Source: a virus
Lineage: Duplodnaviria > Caudoviricetes
DNA length: 64,000 bases
Direction: 5' to 3' (one strand)
Virus record (IMG/VR): IMGVR_UViG_3300010398_000010
Location: 25,349 to 89,348 of that record
Translations under genes and position numbers: made by a program
The notes under the pieces: model-generated
The model's database searches: none
Told to the model about the DNA's origin: nothing
Seen by the model: only the letters and a program-made list of their open reading frames with translations
Part shown: piece by piece, positions 46,250 through 55,130 of the stretch
Layout: every line of letters begins with the position of its first letter
How positions within the stretch are numbered: the first letter of the stretch is position 1

Positions 46250-48287
46250 CGACCTCGATGGTCCGGTTGATCACCCAGCACGCGGCGGGCAGCGCGACGG
46301 CGTTGCCGATCATCCGGTACCGCGCCGCATCCGACAGCGGGCCGGCAGCGGTGCGGGCGGTCCACCCGTCCGGGAACCCTTGCAGCCGCTCACATTCCAG
46401 CGGGGTGAGCCGGCGCACCGCCATGCCCGGGGCGGCGACCTTGGGCTCATGATGACCCGAATGAGTGTTCGACGCCCCGGCGAGCGTCGGGCTGATGCCG
46501 CCCTCACCGATCACCTGGTCTTGGTTCGACCCGCCCTGCCAGTTCCCGTCAACCACGCCCTCGCCGGCGACCATGTTGGCACCATGCCGGCCGGTGACCG
46601 GTGGCGCACCCGGCAGCGACATGCCCAGCTGACTGTTGCCCGCCGTGTTCGCGAACGGGATCAGCGGCGTCCCCCGGCCGGTGCCATCCTCCGACGCGTC
46701 CGCGCCCTCAGACGTGAGCGCGTGGGTGACCAGGTTGACATCGTCCTCTTTCCGCCGGCCCGGAGGGTTGACCCCATCCGATGCTGACCGGCCAGAGGTG
46801 AGCGTCGCCGCGACCATCGCCGCCGACGACCCCCCATCGGCGGCGCGGAGGGTGAACGCCGGATCCCCCGGCTGCCCGGCCTCGGCGGTGTTGCCGCCCT
46901 CGCGTCCCCGCAATGCGACCGGGAACGCCTCGGCGTCCGGGTCGACGGCGATGAAGTTGTCCAGTTCGCCATGCGCCCGGTCGCCCTTGGCGGTCAGCGT
47001 GTGCCCGACGATCAGATGCGAACCCGGCTGCCCGTCGTCACCCAGCCGCGCGCCCGGGGTCAGCACCCCGGCGACCTGATCAGCGGCGACCGGGATCAGG
47101 TGGCCACCGGCCGCGCCCTCAGCGTCGACGCGGTGCCCACGCCGCCCGCCGCCCTGCAACGTGGTCGCGACACCGGCCTGCCCGGTCGTGTCGAGGGTGT
47201 ACGCCGGGTCACCCGACTCGCCCAGCCCGACGCCGTTGGATCCGGTCTGGTGCTCACGCAGCGGCAGCGGCTCGATGATCGCGTGCCCCTGCTTCGCCTC
47301 CTGCACCGACAGCCGCGACCCGGCCGGCCCATGCGGGCCATCCTGCGCCGGGGTAGTCAGCGCGCCAACGGTCTCGACTACGCGGGAGGTGACGGCGGAT
47401 GCGGACTGTCCGACCCCGCCGAGGCCACCGCTTCCAGCGCTCGCCGCAAGGGCACCGGCAACTCGCGACCCCGTCGTCTGGCCCGGCGCAAGATCCCGCT
47501 CGCCCCCCTCGGGCTCAAGCAGTATTTCGCAAGGTGCGGCCCGGTCTCCAAGACGGCAGACAATGAACACACGGTTGCGTCGCTGGGGTACGCCGAAGTA
47601 TTGAGCGTCCAGCACTCGGTAGGCCCACCCATACCCGCGCTGCCCCAACGCCCCGACGACGGCACCCATAGCTCCCCCGTGGGTTGCCATGCACCCGCCC
47701 CGGCAGGATCCGCCTTTGGGGAGGTGGGCGACGCGGGCGGCAAAGACCCGGTGCTTGATTCCGTCGCGGTGGTGGGTGACCCATTTTCCGCATCGAACAG
47801 ACTGCCCTGTTCGTAGACAGGTCTCGTCACCGGGGCATTGGCAGACGGTGTCGAGCAGACCATCAACGTTCTCAAAGCAGAGCCAGAGTGGGCGCAATTC
47901 GTCGGCCAGCCGCATGATGTGCCAGAACAGTCCCGAACGTGCCCCAGATAGGCCCGCACGGCGGCCCGCCACGGAGAAATCCTGGCAAGGCCACCCGGCC
48001 GTGACAATTCCTCGGCTGGGATCAAAGCCGGTGGCTCGCAGCTGGTCACCTGTAACCGTCCTAACATCATCGAATTGGGGAACCTCAGGGAAGTGGTACG
48101 CGAGCAGCGCCCGGCAAGTGGGGTCGATCTCAACCGACGCGCAGACCTTGGCACCGCCCCGGCGCAGCGCCTCACCGAACCCGCCCATCCCCTCAAACAG
48201 GCACACAGCCGTGAGAGGTTTGGCCGGACCGTTACCGGCCCTTGAGACAAGCTCGCTTGCGTTGCGGCGGGCTGATTGCGCTACCAT
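46236..48287 (-). CDS. DNA cytosine-C5 methyltransferase with long repetitive TRD
   Basis: LFEGMGG, GWPCQDFS, ENVDG, QRRNRVF, RRLTPLECERLQGFP, GNAV motifs. Confidence 0.93.
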   Translation of the reverse strand: MVAQSARRNASELVSRAGNGPAKPLTAVCLFEGMGGFGEALRRGGAKVCASVEIDPTCRALLAYHFPEVPQFDDVRTVTGDQLRATGFDPSRGIVTAGWPCQDFSVAGRRAGLSGARSGLFWHIMRLADELRPLWLCFENVDGLLDTVCQCPGDETCLRTGQSVRCGKWVTHHRDGIKHRVFAARVAHLPKGGSCRGGCMATHGGAMGAVVGALGQRGYGWAYRVLDAQYFGVPQRRNRVFIVCRLGDRAAPCEILLEPEGGERDLAPGQTTGSRVAGALAASAGSGGLGGVGQSASAVTSRVVETVGALTTPAQDGPHGPAGSRLSVQEAKQGHAIIEPLPLREHQTGSNGVGLGESGDPAYTLDTTGQAGVATTLQGGGRRGHRVDAEGAAGGHLIPVAADQVAGVLTPGARLGDDGQPGSHLIVGHTLTAKGDRAHGELDNFIAVDPDAEAFPVALRGREGGNTAEAGQPGDPAFTLRAADGGSSAAMVAATLTSGRSASDGVNPPGRRKEDDVNLVTHALTSEGADASEDGTGRGTPLIPFANTAGNSQLGMSLPGAPPVTGRHGANMVAGEGVVDGNWQGGSNQDQVIGEGGISPTLAGASNTHSGHHEPKVAAPGMAVRRLTPLECERLQGFPDGWTARTAAGPLSDAARYRMIGNAVALPAACWVINRTIEVDADG

Positions 48288-48301
48288 CTGGTCTGATCAC
48301 C

Positions 48302-48317
48302 CTCTGTTCTGTTGGTC
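48302..48317 (-). promoter_or_regulatory. leader element core, copy 4, upstream of the methyltransferase
   Basis: CTCTGTTCTGTTGGTC matches copy 2. Confidence 0.55.
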
Positions 48318-48593
48318 GCAAAGCGGTGGGTGTCGAGCACAGATCCTCGCGGTCTCGCGGGTGGCGGCGATCACAAGGCGTCTGCGCTCATGGGCGGCGG
48401 GGCCACTGGCCCCGCCGTTCTCACATGAACGGGAAGCTACACCCCCCCGGCTAGTTCCCGGAACCCCGGCCGGCCCAGCGGTGACGGATCACCAGGCAGG
48501 GCAGCGGGCACCAAAACGTCACCCGCCCCAATGGGTCAACGAACCGGCCCACCCACTGATCGCGCCGGTCGAAATAGACCCGCCACTGGCCCA

Positions 48594-49901
48594 TCACTCG
48601 CCGTCCAGCGGCGGTTCGGCCGGGCCGGGGTCGTCGTCGGCCATTGGTGGCGGCTCGTTGCGCGGCCGGGCTCGGCGCTGGCCACCCTGCTGCTCGCCCT
48701 TGGCCTTGGCCTTGCTGGGGGCCGGCTCGGCCTGCGCGGCGGCGGCGGTTTTCTCCTGCTCGGTGACCACCTCACCCACCGCGCGGAACGCCGCCTGCCG
48801 CTGCTCGTTCTCATCCTCGCTCTGGGTCTTGCCGAACGCGATGGCACCGTCCAGCGCCGCCGCGACCTTGAGCGCGTCGGTGACGGTCAGGTCATCGAGG
48901 GAGTTGATCGTGCCCCGCTCAGACAAAGCCCCGGCGACCCGCAGCCGCAGATCCCGCTGCTGCCGCTGCTGCCCGCTGATCCCGACCTCGCGGAACAAGG
49001 CGAACAGCCGTTTGTGCAACGGGTGCTCCGGGCCGATCAGCGTCGTGTCCGGGTCCGGCTTCGGGACGGCCGGCTCCGGGGCCGGCTCACCGCCGCCGCC
49101 GCCGCCAGCTGGGGGCTCGGTCAGGTCAGGTTCACCGGCTGCCCGGCCCGGCCGGGCCGGCGTCGCGCGCTGCGCCTTGCGCTTGGGCTCAGCCGGCACC
49201 GACCCGGCATCGGCCACCTCGGCGTAACCGGCGAACGGGTCAGCGTCGGTGCCCGCCTCGACAAGCTCGGTCGTCGGCAGGCCGAGGGTCACGTCAGCGA
49301 ACAGCGCATCGCAGCCCTCCGATGACGCGCGGGCGAACAGCATCCGCCGCGGGCGGGTCACCCACGCGCTGTCGGACTTGACCAGACCCGCCGCGCGGGC
49401 GTCATCGAGGCTGAACTTAAACTCGGTCCACTCGGCCACCCCACGGCGGCGCATCATCAGGATGCACCGGCTGGTCGTCCGCTCAACGATCCGGAACCCG
49501 TGCCCGGCGGCGAGCACCCGGGCGCGCTTGTACTCAGCGGCCAGCGTCGGGTAGCCCCGGACGATCTGCACGTACCGCAGGCTCATCATCGGGCCGATGG
49601 CCAGTTCGCGGCCGGTCAGGATGCAGCACGCGATGGCCGGCGCGTTGCCGCGCAGATCCTTGGGCACGAAAGCGGTGTCTTGGATCTTCTCAGCCAGCGT
49701 CCAGATCTGATTCGCGTGAGCTACCCAGCCGTCAACGACGTCGGACACGGCCGGCGCGTCGCGCCACACTGGGCGCAAAGCAAGCTCACGGCTGGGGGTC
49801 GGCGCGACGGCGTCGCCGTTGGCCGCCGGGCTCGGCGTGCCGAACGGGCCGGCGTCGTCTGCGAACTCGGCCTCAACGATCTCGGTGTCGGGTGTGGTCA
49901 T
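48594..49901 (-). CDS. RecT-like single-strand annealing protein with Pro/Ala-rich C-terminus
   Basis: ILTGRELAIGPM.SL..VQIV.G.PTL...F..DDA..AGL....W...PRRML.ARA. Confidence 0.75.
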   Translation of the reverse strand: MTTPDTEIVEAEFADDAGPFGTPSPAANGDAVAPTPSRELALRPVWRDAPAVSDVVDGWVAHANQIWTLAEKIQDTAFVPKDLRGNAPAIACCILTGRELAIGPMMSLRYVQIVRGYPTLAAEYKRARVLAAGHGFRIVERTTSRCILMMRRRGVAEWTEFKFSLDDARAAGLVKSDSAWVTRPRRMLFARASSEGCDALFADVTLGLPTTELVEAGTDADPFAGYAEVADAGSVPAEPKRKAQRATPARPGRAAGEPDLTEPPAGGGGGGEPAPEPAVPKPDPDTTLIGPEHPLHKRLFALFREVGISGQQRQQRDLRLRVAGALSERGTINSLDDLTVTDALKVAAALDGAIAFGKTQSEDENEQRQAAFRAVGEVVTEQEKTAAAAQAEPAPSKAKAKGEQQGGQRRARPRNEPPPMADDDPGPAEPPLDGE

Positions 49902-49904
49902 CGG

Positions 49905-50366
49905 TCAGCTTTCCCCTCGGTTGAGTGCGGCTCGGCCTTGGTCTAGGTACCGCTGATAGAGCGTCTGCCCCTCATCGCTGACGATCAGGTAGGGCAGCAT
50001 CACCTGCTCGAGCTCGACTATCTGCGCCTCGATCAGCGCCAGCTGAGCCTCAAGCCAGTCCTTCATAACCCGCCACGCGGTGCGCTCGGCCTGCTCGCGG
50101 GTCGCGTACCGGGGCGGGATCCGGCCGCTGCGGCTGTACTTGACCAGCGCGGAGTAGACGCCGTCAGGGTTGGCGGGCAGCATGAAAAACCGCAACCCGT
50201 GCGGGGTCTCGATGCTGAACGCCAGCCCACCCGGCTTGCCCTGGTCGAAGTCGATGCTCACCCGCGACGCGCCGTGCCGGGCGAGGATCGCCACGCACTC
50301 GCTCGCGGTCTTATCCGCGTCGATCGACGTGGTGTAGTTCAGCGGACCCTTCCGCTGCGCGCTCAT
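49905..50366 (-). CDS. conserved phage hypothetical protein
   Basis: NYTTSID..KT..E...IL..HGA..QAERTAWRVMKDWLEAQLA. Confidence 0.7.
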   Translation of the reverse strand: MSAQRKGPLNYTTSIDADKTASECVAILARHGASRVSIDFDQGKPGGLAFSIETPHGLRFFMLPANPDGVYSALVKYSRSGRIPPRYATREQAERTAWRVMKDWLEAQLALIEAQIVELEQVMLPYLIVSDEGQTLYQRYLDQGRAALNRGES

Positions 50367-50713
50367 GACCGGCTCGCGTCGTGGTAGCAGGACCGCTCGG
50401 CCGTGTGGCAGTAGAACGCGCCATTGACGACCTGCGCATCGCGGACCGCCCGCCCGCAGACGGGGCACGTCGGGATCCCCGGGCAGCCCGGCTCAAGCGT
50501 GGCGTGCGTCCCCTCAAGGGCGGCGGTCACGTCGGCGTCGGTCAGCCCATCGGGGCAATGCTCGATCCACGTCCGGAACGCGGTCACAAGCTCAGGCCGG
50601 GACGTGACCCAGTGGATCAGCATTCCCGCAGTGGCGAGCGCCTGATCCACGCCCGGGTGCCGTAGCTCACCCTGGCTCGGCACGGCGGTGATGTGCTCAC
50701 GCGGCCCGCTCAT
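50363..50713 (-). CDS. hypothetical protein
   Basis: ATGA overlaps. Confidence 0.5.
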   Translation of the reverse strand: MSGPREHITAVPSQGELRHPGVDQALATAGMLIHWVTSRPELVTAFRTWIEHCPDGLTDADVTAALEGTHATLEPGCPGIPTCPVCGRAVRDAQVVNGAFYCHTAERSCYHDASRS

Positions 50714-51081
50714 GCCGGCACCTGCGCCCGGCCGGCGAGGATCGCCTCATCGAGCTTCGCGTGCACCCACGCGAGGTCATGGCCTGCCTCGGCCCACCCA
50801 TCGAGGATCGCCTCAACCGGCGCGTAGTACCGCACCCGCGACAGGATCCCCTCATCGGGGCCGGGTTCCACTATCGCCAGCACCCGCACGGCCGGGCCGG
50901 GACCGGGACCGTTGCGCCGTGTGTAGACCTCGCCCGTGTTCTGAATGTAGGACAGCGAATAGCTCGGCCACGGCTGGCCGTCCTTGGTCCAGTTCACCCC
51001 GTAGTCGACCTCAGGTGAGTGCTCCCGCCCGGCCGGGTCGTCGGCCCAGAACGCGGCCAGCGTGACGTAGCAGCTGCTCAT
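50710..51081 (-). CDS. hypothetical protein
   Basis: ATGA overlaps. Confidence 0.5.
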   Translation of the reverse strand: MSSCYVTLAAFWADDPAGREHSPEVDYGVNWTKDGQPWPSYSLSYIQNTGEVYTRRNGPGPGPAVRVLAIVEPGPDEGILSRVRYYAPVEAILDGWAEAGHDLAWVHAKLDEAILAGRAQVPA

Positions 51082-52025
51082 GCCGTCACCGCCGCCCGGC
51101 GCGGCGGGGTCAGCGCGGCCATCCGGTAATCCCGGCAGTCATCCATCGCCTCGGCCACCATCTTGATGTAGAGGAACTGCTTGTGAACGCGGCGGTTCGT
51201 TTCCATCGGCACCACCTGGTAGGAGTCGGACCGCAGCCACACGATCCAGCACTCATCAGCCAGCGGCAGCGCACCGGTCAGGTCGTTACCACCGGGGTCG
51301 CCGCTAGGTGCCCAGGCCCACGGGATCTCATGCGCGGTGTGCGGCTGATCGCCGTTCCCCTCGCACAGCGGGCACCCGTCAAAGTGCCCCTCACCCAGCT
51401 CGAGCCGGAACTCGGCCCACCGGTACGCCGCCAGCTGGTAGGCGTCGGTGCCGAACGGCCCGGACTTTTTCGTTTTCCAGTCGATCAGCACCCGCCACCG
51501 GTCCTCACCGAGGCCGGGCACCACCGAGGGCGGCGCACCGTCAGGCCGGTCCACGTCGAACAGCGCATCGGGGCTGCCGCCGTACATCCATTTGCGGGAG
51601 AACACATGGGTCTCGGTGAACAGCGGGTGCGCGTGCCAGTCATCGAGGAACCCAACACACGCCTCGACATAGCCGGTCAGCGGCTCAGGCACCTCGACCT
51701 GATCGCCGTGCGACAGCGGCTCGGCCAGCTTGTGCACCTTGGTTCCCCGGATCCCGGCCTCATCGCGGGCGCGGTCCGGAGCCTTAGCCAGGTATTTCAT
51801 CCGCTCAGACGGCGGCATCGCCGCGAGGGCGTCCCACTCATCAATGGCGCAGCCGGCGACGGTGTCGCACATCCACTTGTTGAGCCCCTTGGACGGGGTG
51901 CCCGCGCTGATGATCGTCGTGGCGCCTAGCACCTTGACCCCGTCGATCTTGTAGGAGTGACCAGCGCCGTGACGGCGAAAGCTGGTCGGGTACTCGCCCG
52001 CGGCGGTAGTGCGCTGGCTAGTCAT
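51078..52025 (-). CDS. PD-(D/E)xK exonuclease (RecE/Cas4-like)
   Basis: HSY..DG..GATTII..RGTKVH..YGGSPD..IDWKT..YQLAAY. Confidence 0.85.
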   Translation of the reverse strand: MTSQRTTAAGEYPTSFRRHGAGHSYKIDGVKVLGATTIISAGTPSKGLNKWMCDTVAGCAIDEWDALAAMPPSERMKYLAKAPDRARDEAGIRGTKVHKLAEPLSHGDQVEVPEPLTGYVEACVGFLDDWHAHPLFTETHVFSRKWMYGGSPDALFDVDRPDGAPPSVVPGLGEDRWRVLIDWKTKKSGPFGTDAYQLAAYRWAEFRLELGEGHFDGCPLCEGNGDQPHTAHEIPWAWAPSGDPGGNDLTGALPLADECWIVWLRSDSYQVVPMETNRRVHKQFLYIKMVAEAMDDCRDYRMAALTPPRRAAVTA

Positions 52026-52119
52026 CCGTCGATCCCCTTATCCTGTGATCTCGGTTGTTGGGTTTTTGGTCGGTCAGAGTCCCGGTGCCCGCTTGGTCGG
52101 CGGCCCGGGGCTCGCCGTC

Positions 52120-52368
52120 TCAGCTGTGGATCCCGCCACCATCCGGGCTGCCGCTGGCAGTCCACCCGGCCGGCACCCGCTGCTCACGCAACCACTGGCC
52201 GACCTCGGCCGCGTCGTACTGCCGCATCCGCCCGATCCGGTAAAACGGCGGACCCTTGCCCTGCCGCGCCCAGTCATCGAGCGTGCCCCGGCTCTTGAGC
52301 CCCAGCATCCGGCAGACGGCCTCGGAATCAAGCCACTGACGTTCGGTCGGCTGGTCACTGTCGGCCAT
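52120..52368 (-). CDS. HTH_17/AlpA-type DNA-binding protein (Xis/Cro-like)
   Basis: WLDSEAVCRMLGL.SRGTLDDWARQGKGPPFYRIGRMRQYD..EV.QWL. Confidence 0.85.
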   Translation of the reverse strand: MADSDQPTERQWLDSEAVCRMLGLKSRGTLDDWARQGKGPPFYRIGRMRQYDAAEVGQWLREQRVPAGWTASGSPDGGGIHS

Positions 52369-52463
52369 GCTCTCACCCTGTTTCCCTGTTCCTGGCACGG
52401 TGTAGACACAGCCAACGCTAACAGGGGGGTCTGACAGTCCGATGCGGGCGTTGCGGCCAGAAA

Positions 52464-52474
52464 GGTGTTACCGT
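52464..52474 (+). promoter_or_regulatory. candidate extended -10 promoter (GGTGTTACCGT) for the transfer module
   Basis: Same GGTGTTANNNT pattern as copies 1 and 2; about 110 nt upstream of the DUF2637 start. Confidence 0.4.
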
Positions 52475-52581
52475 GTGCAGTTAGCCGCGCACAAGCGCGA
52501 CCGGGGCGCCGATTCCAACCGTCTCAGCACCCCGGCCACTTGGCTCGGGCCACCTGTGGAAGGGTCGGTGACCGTCACCCA

Positions 52582-53319
52582 ATGACGAACGATAATCTGT
52601 CCGCTGCGGCGGGCCAGGCTGACCATTGGTGGCAGCACCGGCCCCAGCTGCCCGCCCCGCGCACCATCGCCCTCGGTGCCCTGGCCGCCACCGTGCCGAT
52701 CGCCACTGGCGTCGCGTTCCTGCTGAGCTACCGGGGGCTGGTCGATTTCGGGCTCAGCGTCGGTGTCCCCATCTGGCTCGCATGGGCCTACCCCTTGATG
52801 TTCGACCTGCCCATCGTCGCGGGTGAGGCCGTGCTGTTCATCGCCGCCCTCGACAGCAAGACCAAGGGTCACGTCACCGGGTGGGCCTGGGTGGTGACCA
52901 TCGGGTTCGCGGTGGCGTCCGCCGCTGGGAACGCCGGGCTGCTGCCGCAGGTGCTCGCCCGCGCGCTGCCCCCCATCGTGCTCGCCATCCTGCTCGGGTT
53001 CGGCCTCGGTGAACTCAAGCGCCAGTCCCCCAAGAACGTGCGGCGGTCTGCCGACCCTTCCCCGGGAATCTCGCGACCGCCGCACCCTAAGCCCTCCACA
53101 GCCCGTTCCACAGCCGGTGGAAAGACCAGCGGGCACCTCGATGAGGTAGCCGAACGCCGCGCCGCTGACCGCGCCAAGGAACTGCTGCGCGACGGCCCGC
53201 TGCGCGAGCGGACCCTCGCCGCCGACCCCGTGTGCAAGGGCAACCGGCACATGGCCAAGCGCGCGATGGCCACCGCCACCAGAGAACTCGCCCAAGAACC
53301 CGACCGCGCCACCAACTAG
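52582..53319 (+). CDS. DUF2637 (SpdA-like) membrane protein of actinomycete conjugative elements
   Basis: AFLLSYRGL..G...LAWAYPL.FD...4 TM..ALPPIVL, then basic C-terminal region. Confidence 0.8.
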   Translation: MTNDNLSAAAGQADHWWQHRPQLPAPRTIALGALAATVPIATGVAFLLSYRGLVDFGLSVGVPIWLAWAYPLMFDLPIVAGEAVLFIAALDSKTKGHVTGWAWVVTIGFAVASAAGNAGLLPQVLARALPPIVLAILLGFGLGELKRQSPKNVRRSADPSPGISRPPHPKPSTARSTAGGKTSGHLDEVAERRAADRAKELLRDGPLRERTLAADPVCKGNRHMAKRAMATATRELAQEPDRATN

Positions 53320-53373
53320 CCGCCACCCGCGAGACCAGGAGGTCACCAACACGCACTAACGGAAGATCCGGCG

Positions 53374-55122
53374 ATGACCACCACGACCGCCAAACGGCCG
53401 TCGACGGCAACCGGTGAGACCACCACCCGCCGCCGCCGGCCCCACCGGATGCTGTGGCCCGTGCTGATCCTGACCGCGATCCTCGCTGGGATCGCACACC
53501 GGTTCGGCGCCCGCTGGCTGATCGTCGCCGTGATCGTCCTGCTGCTGATGCTGGTCGGCGGCGGGCTCGCCGCAATCTCAGCCAGACGCGGCCGGACCCG
53601 CACCCGCACCCGCAGATGGCGGCGGACCCGAAGCTACCGGCCACCTCGCCCGCCTCACGGGGGTGCTGCCCGATCCCCGCGGCTCGGACGGTTCGGCGGG
53701 CGGGGTGGCCGGTCGGGTAGCAGGCGGGCCGGCGGTGGTGGCAGAGTGGGGGGTGCCAGTTCTGGGCGGGGCCGGCTCTCTAAGCCCGGTCGGCCGCGCG
53801 CAGGATTGCCCCGCCGAGGGACCGGGCGTGCGCCGCTTTCTCCTACTGGACGTGGTGCCGGTCAGAACCCACGACCGAGGCGGAACCGGCCCGGTGGGCG
53901 TCCCGCCGGCCCCCGCCGCGTCACCCCCGGGCGTGGCGGCGCGAGCAGCGGACACGCCCACCGAGGCCGGGCAGGACGCCGCTCAACCCCGCAGAGCGGT
54001 GGTCGGCGCGGCGGGCGGTGGAGTCCCCGCTCCCCGCACCGCCCGTCCGCGCCGGGCAGGGGCCAGCGTCCCGGTTTCATCCGCCGCATCAGCCGAGGCC
54101 ACCGCAGACCCACCGGCAGACCCGGCACCACCGGCCGGCGACCCGGCACGAACCGCCCAGCTGGCCGGCCACCGCCGCTGCGCCAACGGCTCGCCCCGAC
54201 CAGCCGAGGCCGCCAGGCCCGCCGCCAGGCCCGCGCCATCCGCGCCAGCCGGCCACCGGGCATCATCGGCCGGACCCGCCGCCGCGCCCGGGTCAAAGCC
54301 GCGCAGATCCGCGCCGCGCAGGTGCGCGCCCGCCGCCGCGGCCACGCCGGGCCACCATCGAACCGCCGCGCCGCAGCCAGGATCGCCCTCGGGCGGCTGG
54401 CTCACCGCGCCGGGATGCGCCGCGCCGCCGCCCGGATCAACCGCCGCGTCAGCCCCGCGCAGCAACGCGCCGCCCGGGTGCGCCGGCTGCGCCGCACCGC
54501 GAAGTGGAACCGCCGCCGCTGGCAGCTGAGGGCACAAGCGCTGCGCCGCGCCCGCTGGCTACGCGGCTGGGGCACGACCATGCGGCACAACCTCGCCCGC
54601 CGCAAGTGGTGGAAGCGCAACCTCGCGACCGCTCAGCCCGCCCCCACACCACCCCGGCCGAAACCCAGCGCGCCACCCCGGCCCGCGCCCGCGAGCCCCT
54701 TGACCCCACCAGCCGGCGCACCCAAACCGGCACCACCCATCAGCCCAGTCACGGGAAGGATCACCATGCCACGCGGAGGAACCGGCCACCCGGCCGTAGA
54801 CCATGCAGCCAGCGGGATGCGGCACGTCAGCGGCTACCACCCCAAGAACGGCCCCGACCTCGATCATTTCCTCGGTGCCCTGCCCGATGCCCTGTTCGCG
54901 GAGATCGCCAAGCACCTCTACCACCTGGCCGACCGGGCACAGTCCGAATGGCCGCTCAACCCCGAAGTCATCAACGAGCTACGCCAAGGCGCGCAGCACA
55001 TCGTCAGCGTCGGTGAGGCGTACCGGCAGGTCTATGAGACATGGCGGCAGTCCCACGCCGACGACATCCGCCGCTGGGAAAACCCCCGCCCCGGCGAGCC
55101 CATCATGAACGTCCCCGGCTGA
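53374..55122 (+). CDS. TraA-like transfer accessory protein: N-terminal TMs, very Arg-rich middle, conserved C-terminal domain
   Basis: C-terminal YHP...L..LP...IA..L...P....V...H.DDIRRWENPRPGE pattern recalled from genes preceding traB; possible internal start at 54766. Confidence 0.6.
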   Translation: MTTTTAKRPSTATGETTTRRRRPHRMLWPVLILTAILAGIAHRFGARWLIVAVIVLLLMLVGGGLAAISARRGRTRTRTRRWRRTRSYRPPRPPHGGAARSPRLGRFGGRGGRSGSRRAGGGGRVGGASSGRGRLSKPGRPRAGLPRRGTGRAPLSPTGRGAGQNPRPRRNRPGGRPAGPRRVTPGRGGASSGHAHRGRAGRRSTPQSGGRRGGRWSPRSPHRPSAPGRGQRPGFIRRISRGHRRPTGRPGTTGRRPGTNRPAGRPPPLRQRLAPTSRGRQARRQARAIRASRPPGIIGRTRRRARVKAAQIRAAQVRARRRGHAGPPSNRRAAARIALGRLAHRAGMRRAAARINRRVSPAQQRAARVRRLRRTAKWNRRRWQLRAQALRRARWLRGWGTTMRHNLARRKWWKRNLATAQPAPTPPRPKPSAPPRPAPASPLTPPAGAPKPAPPISPVTGRITMPRGGTGHPAVDHAASGMRHVSGYHPKNGPDLDHFLGALPDALFAEIAKHLYHLADRAQSEWPLNPEVINELRQGAQHIVSVGEAYRQVYETWRQSHADDIRRWENPRPGEPIMNVPG

Positions 55123-55130
55123 GGCACCCT

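Noticed and set aside
47680-47850. Intein in the methyltransferase
   Set aside because: The insert is too short and lacks an N-terminal C/S and the C-terminal HN-C/S/T splice motif
51078-52025. Cas4 as part of a CRISPR system
   Set aside because: No cas operon or array; position next to the RecT-like gene indicates a phage recombination exonuclease
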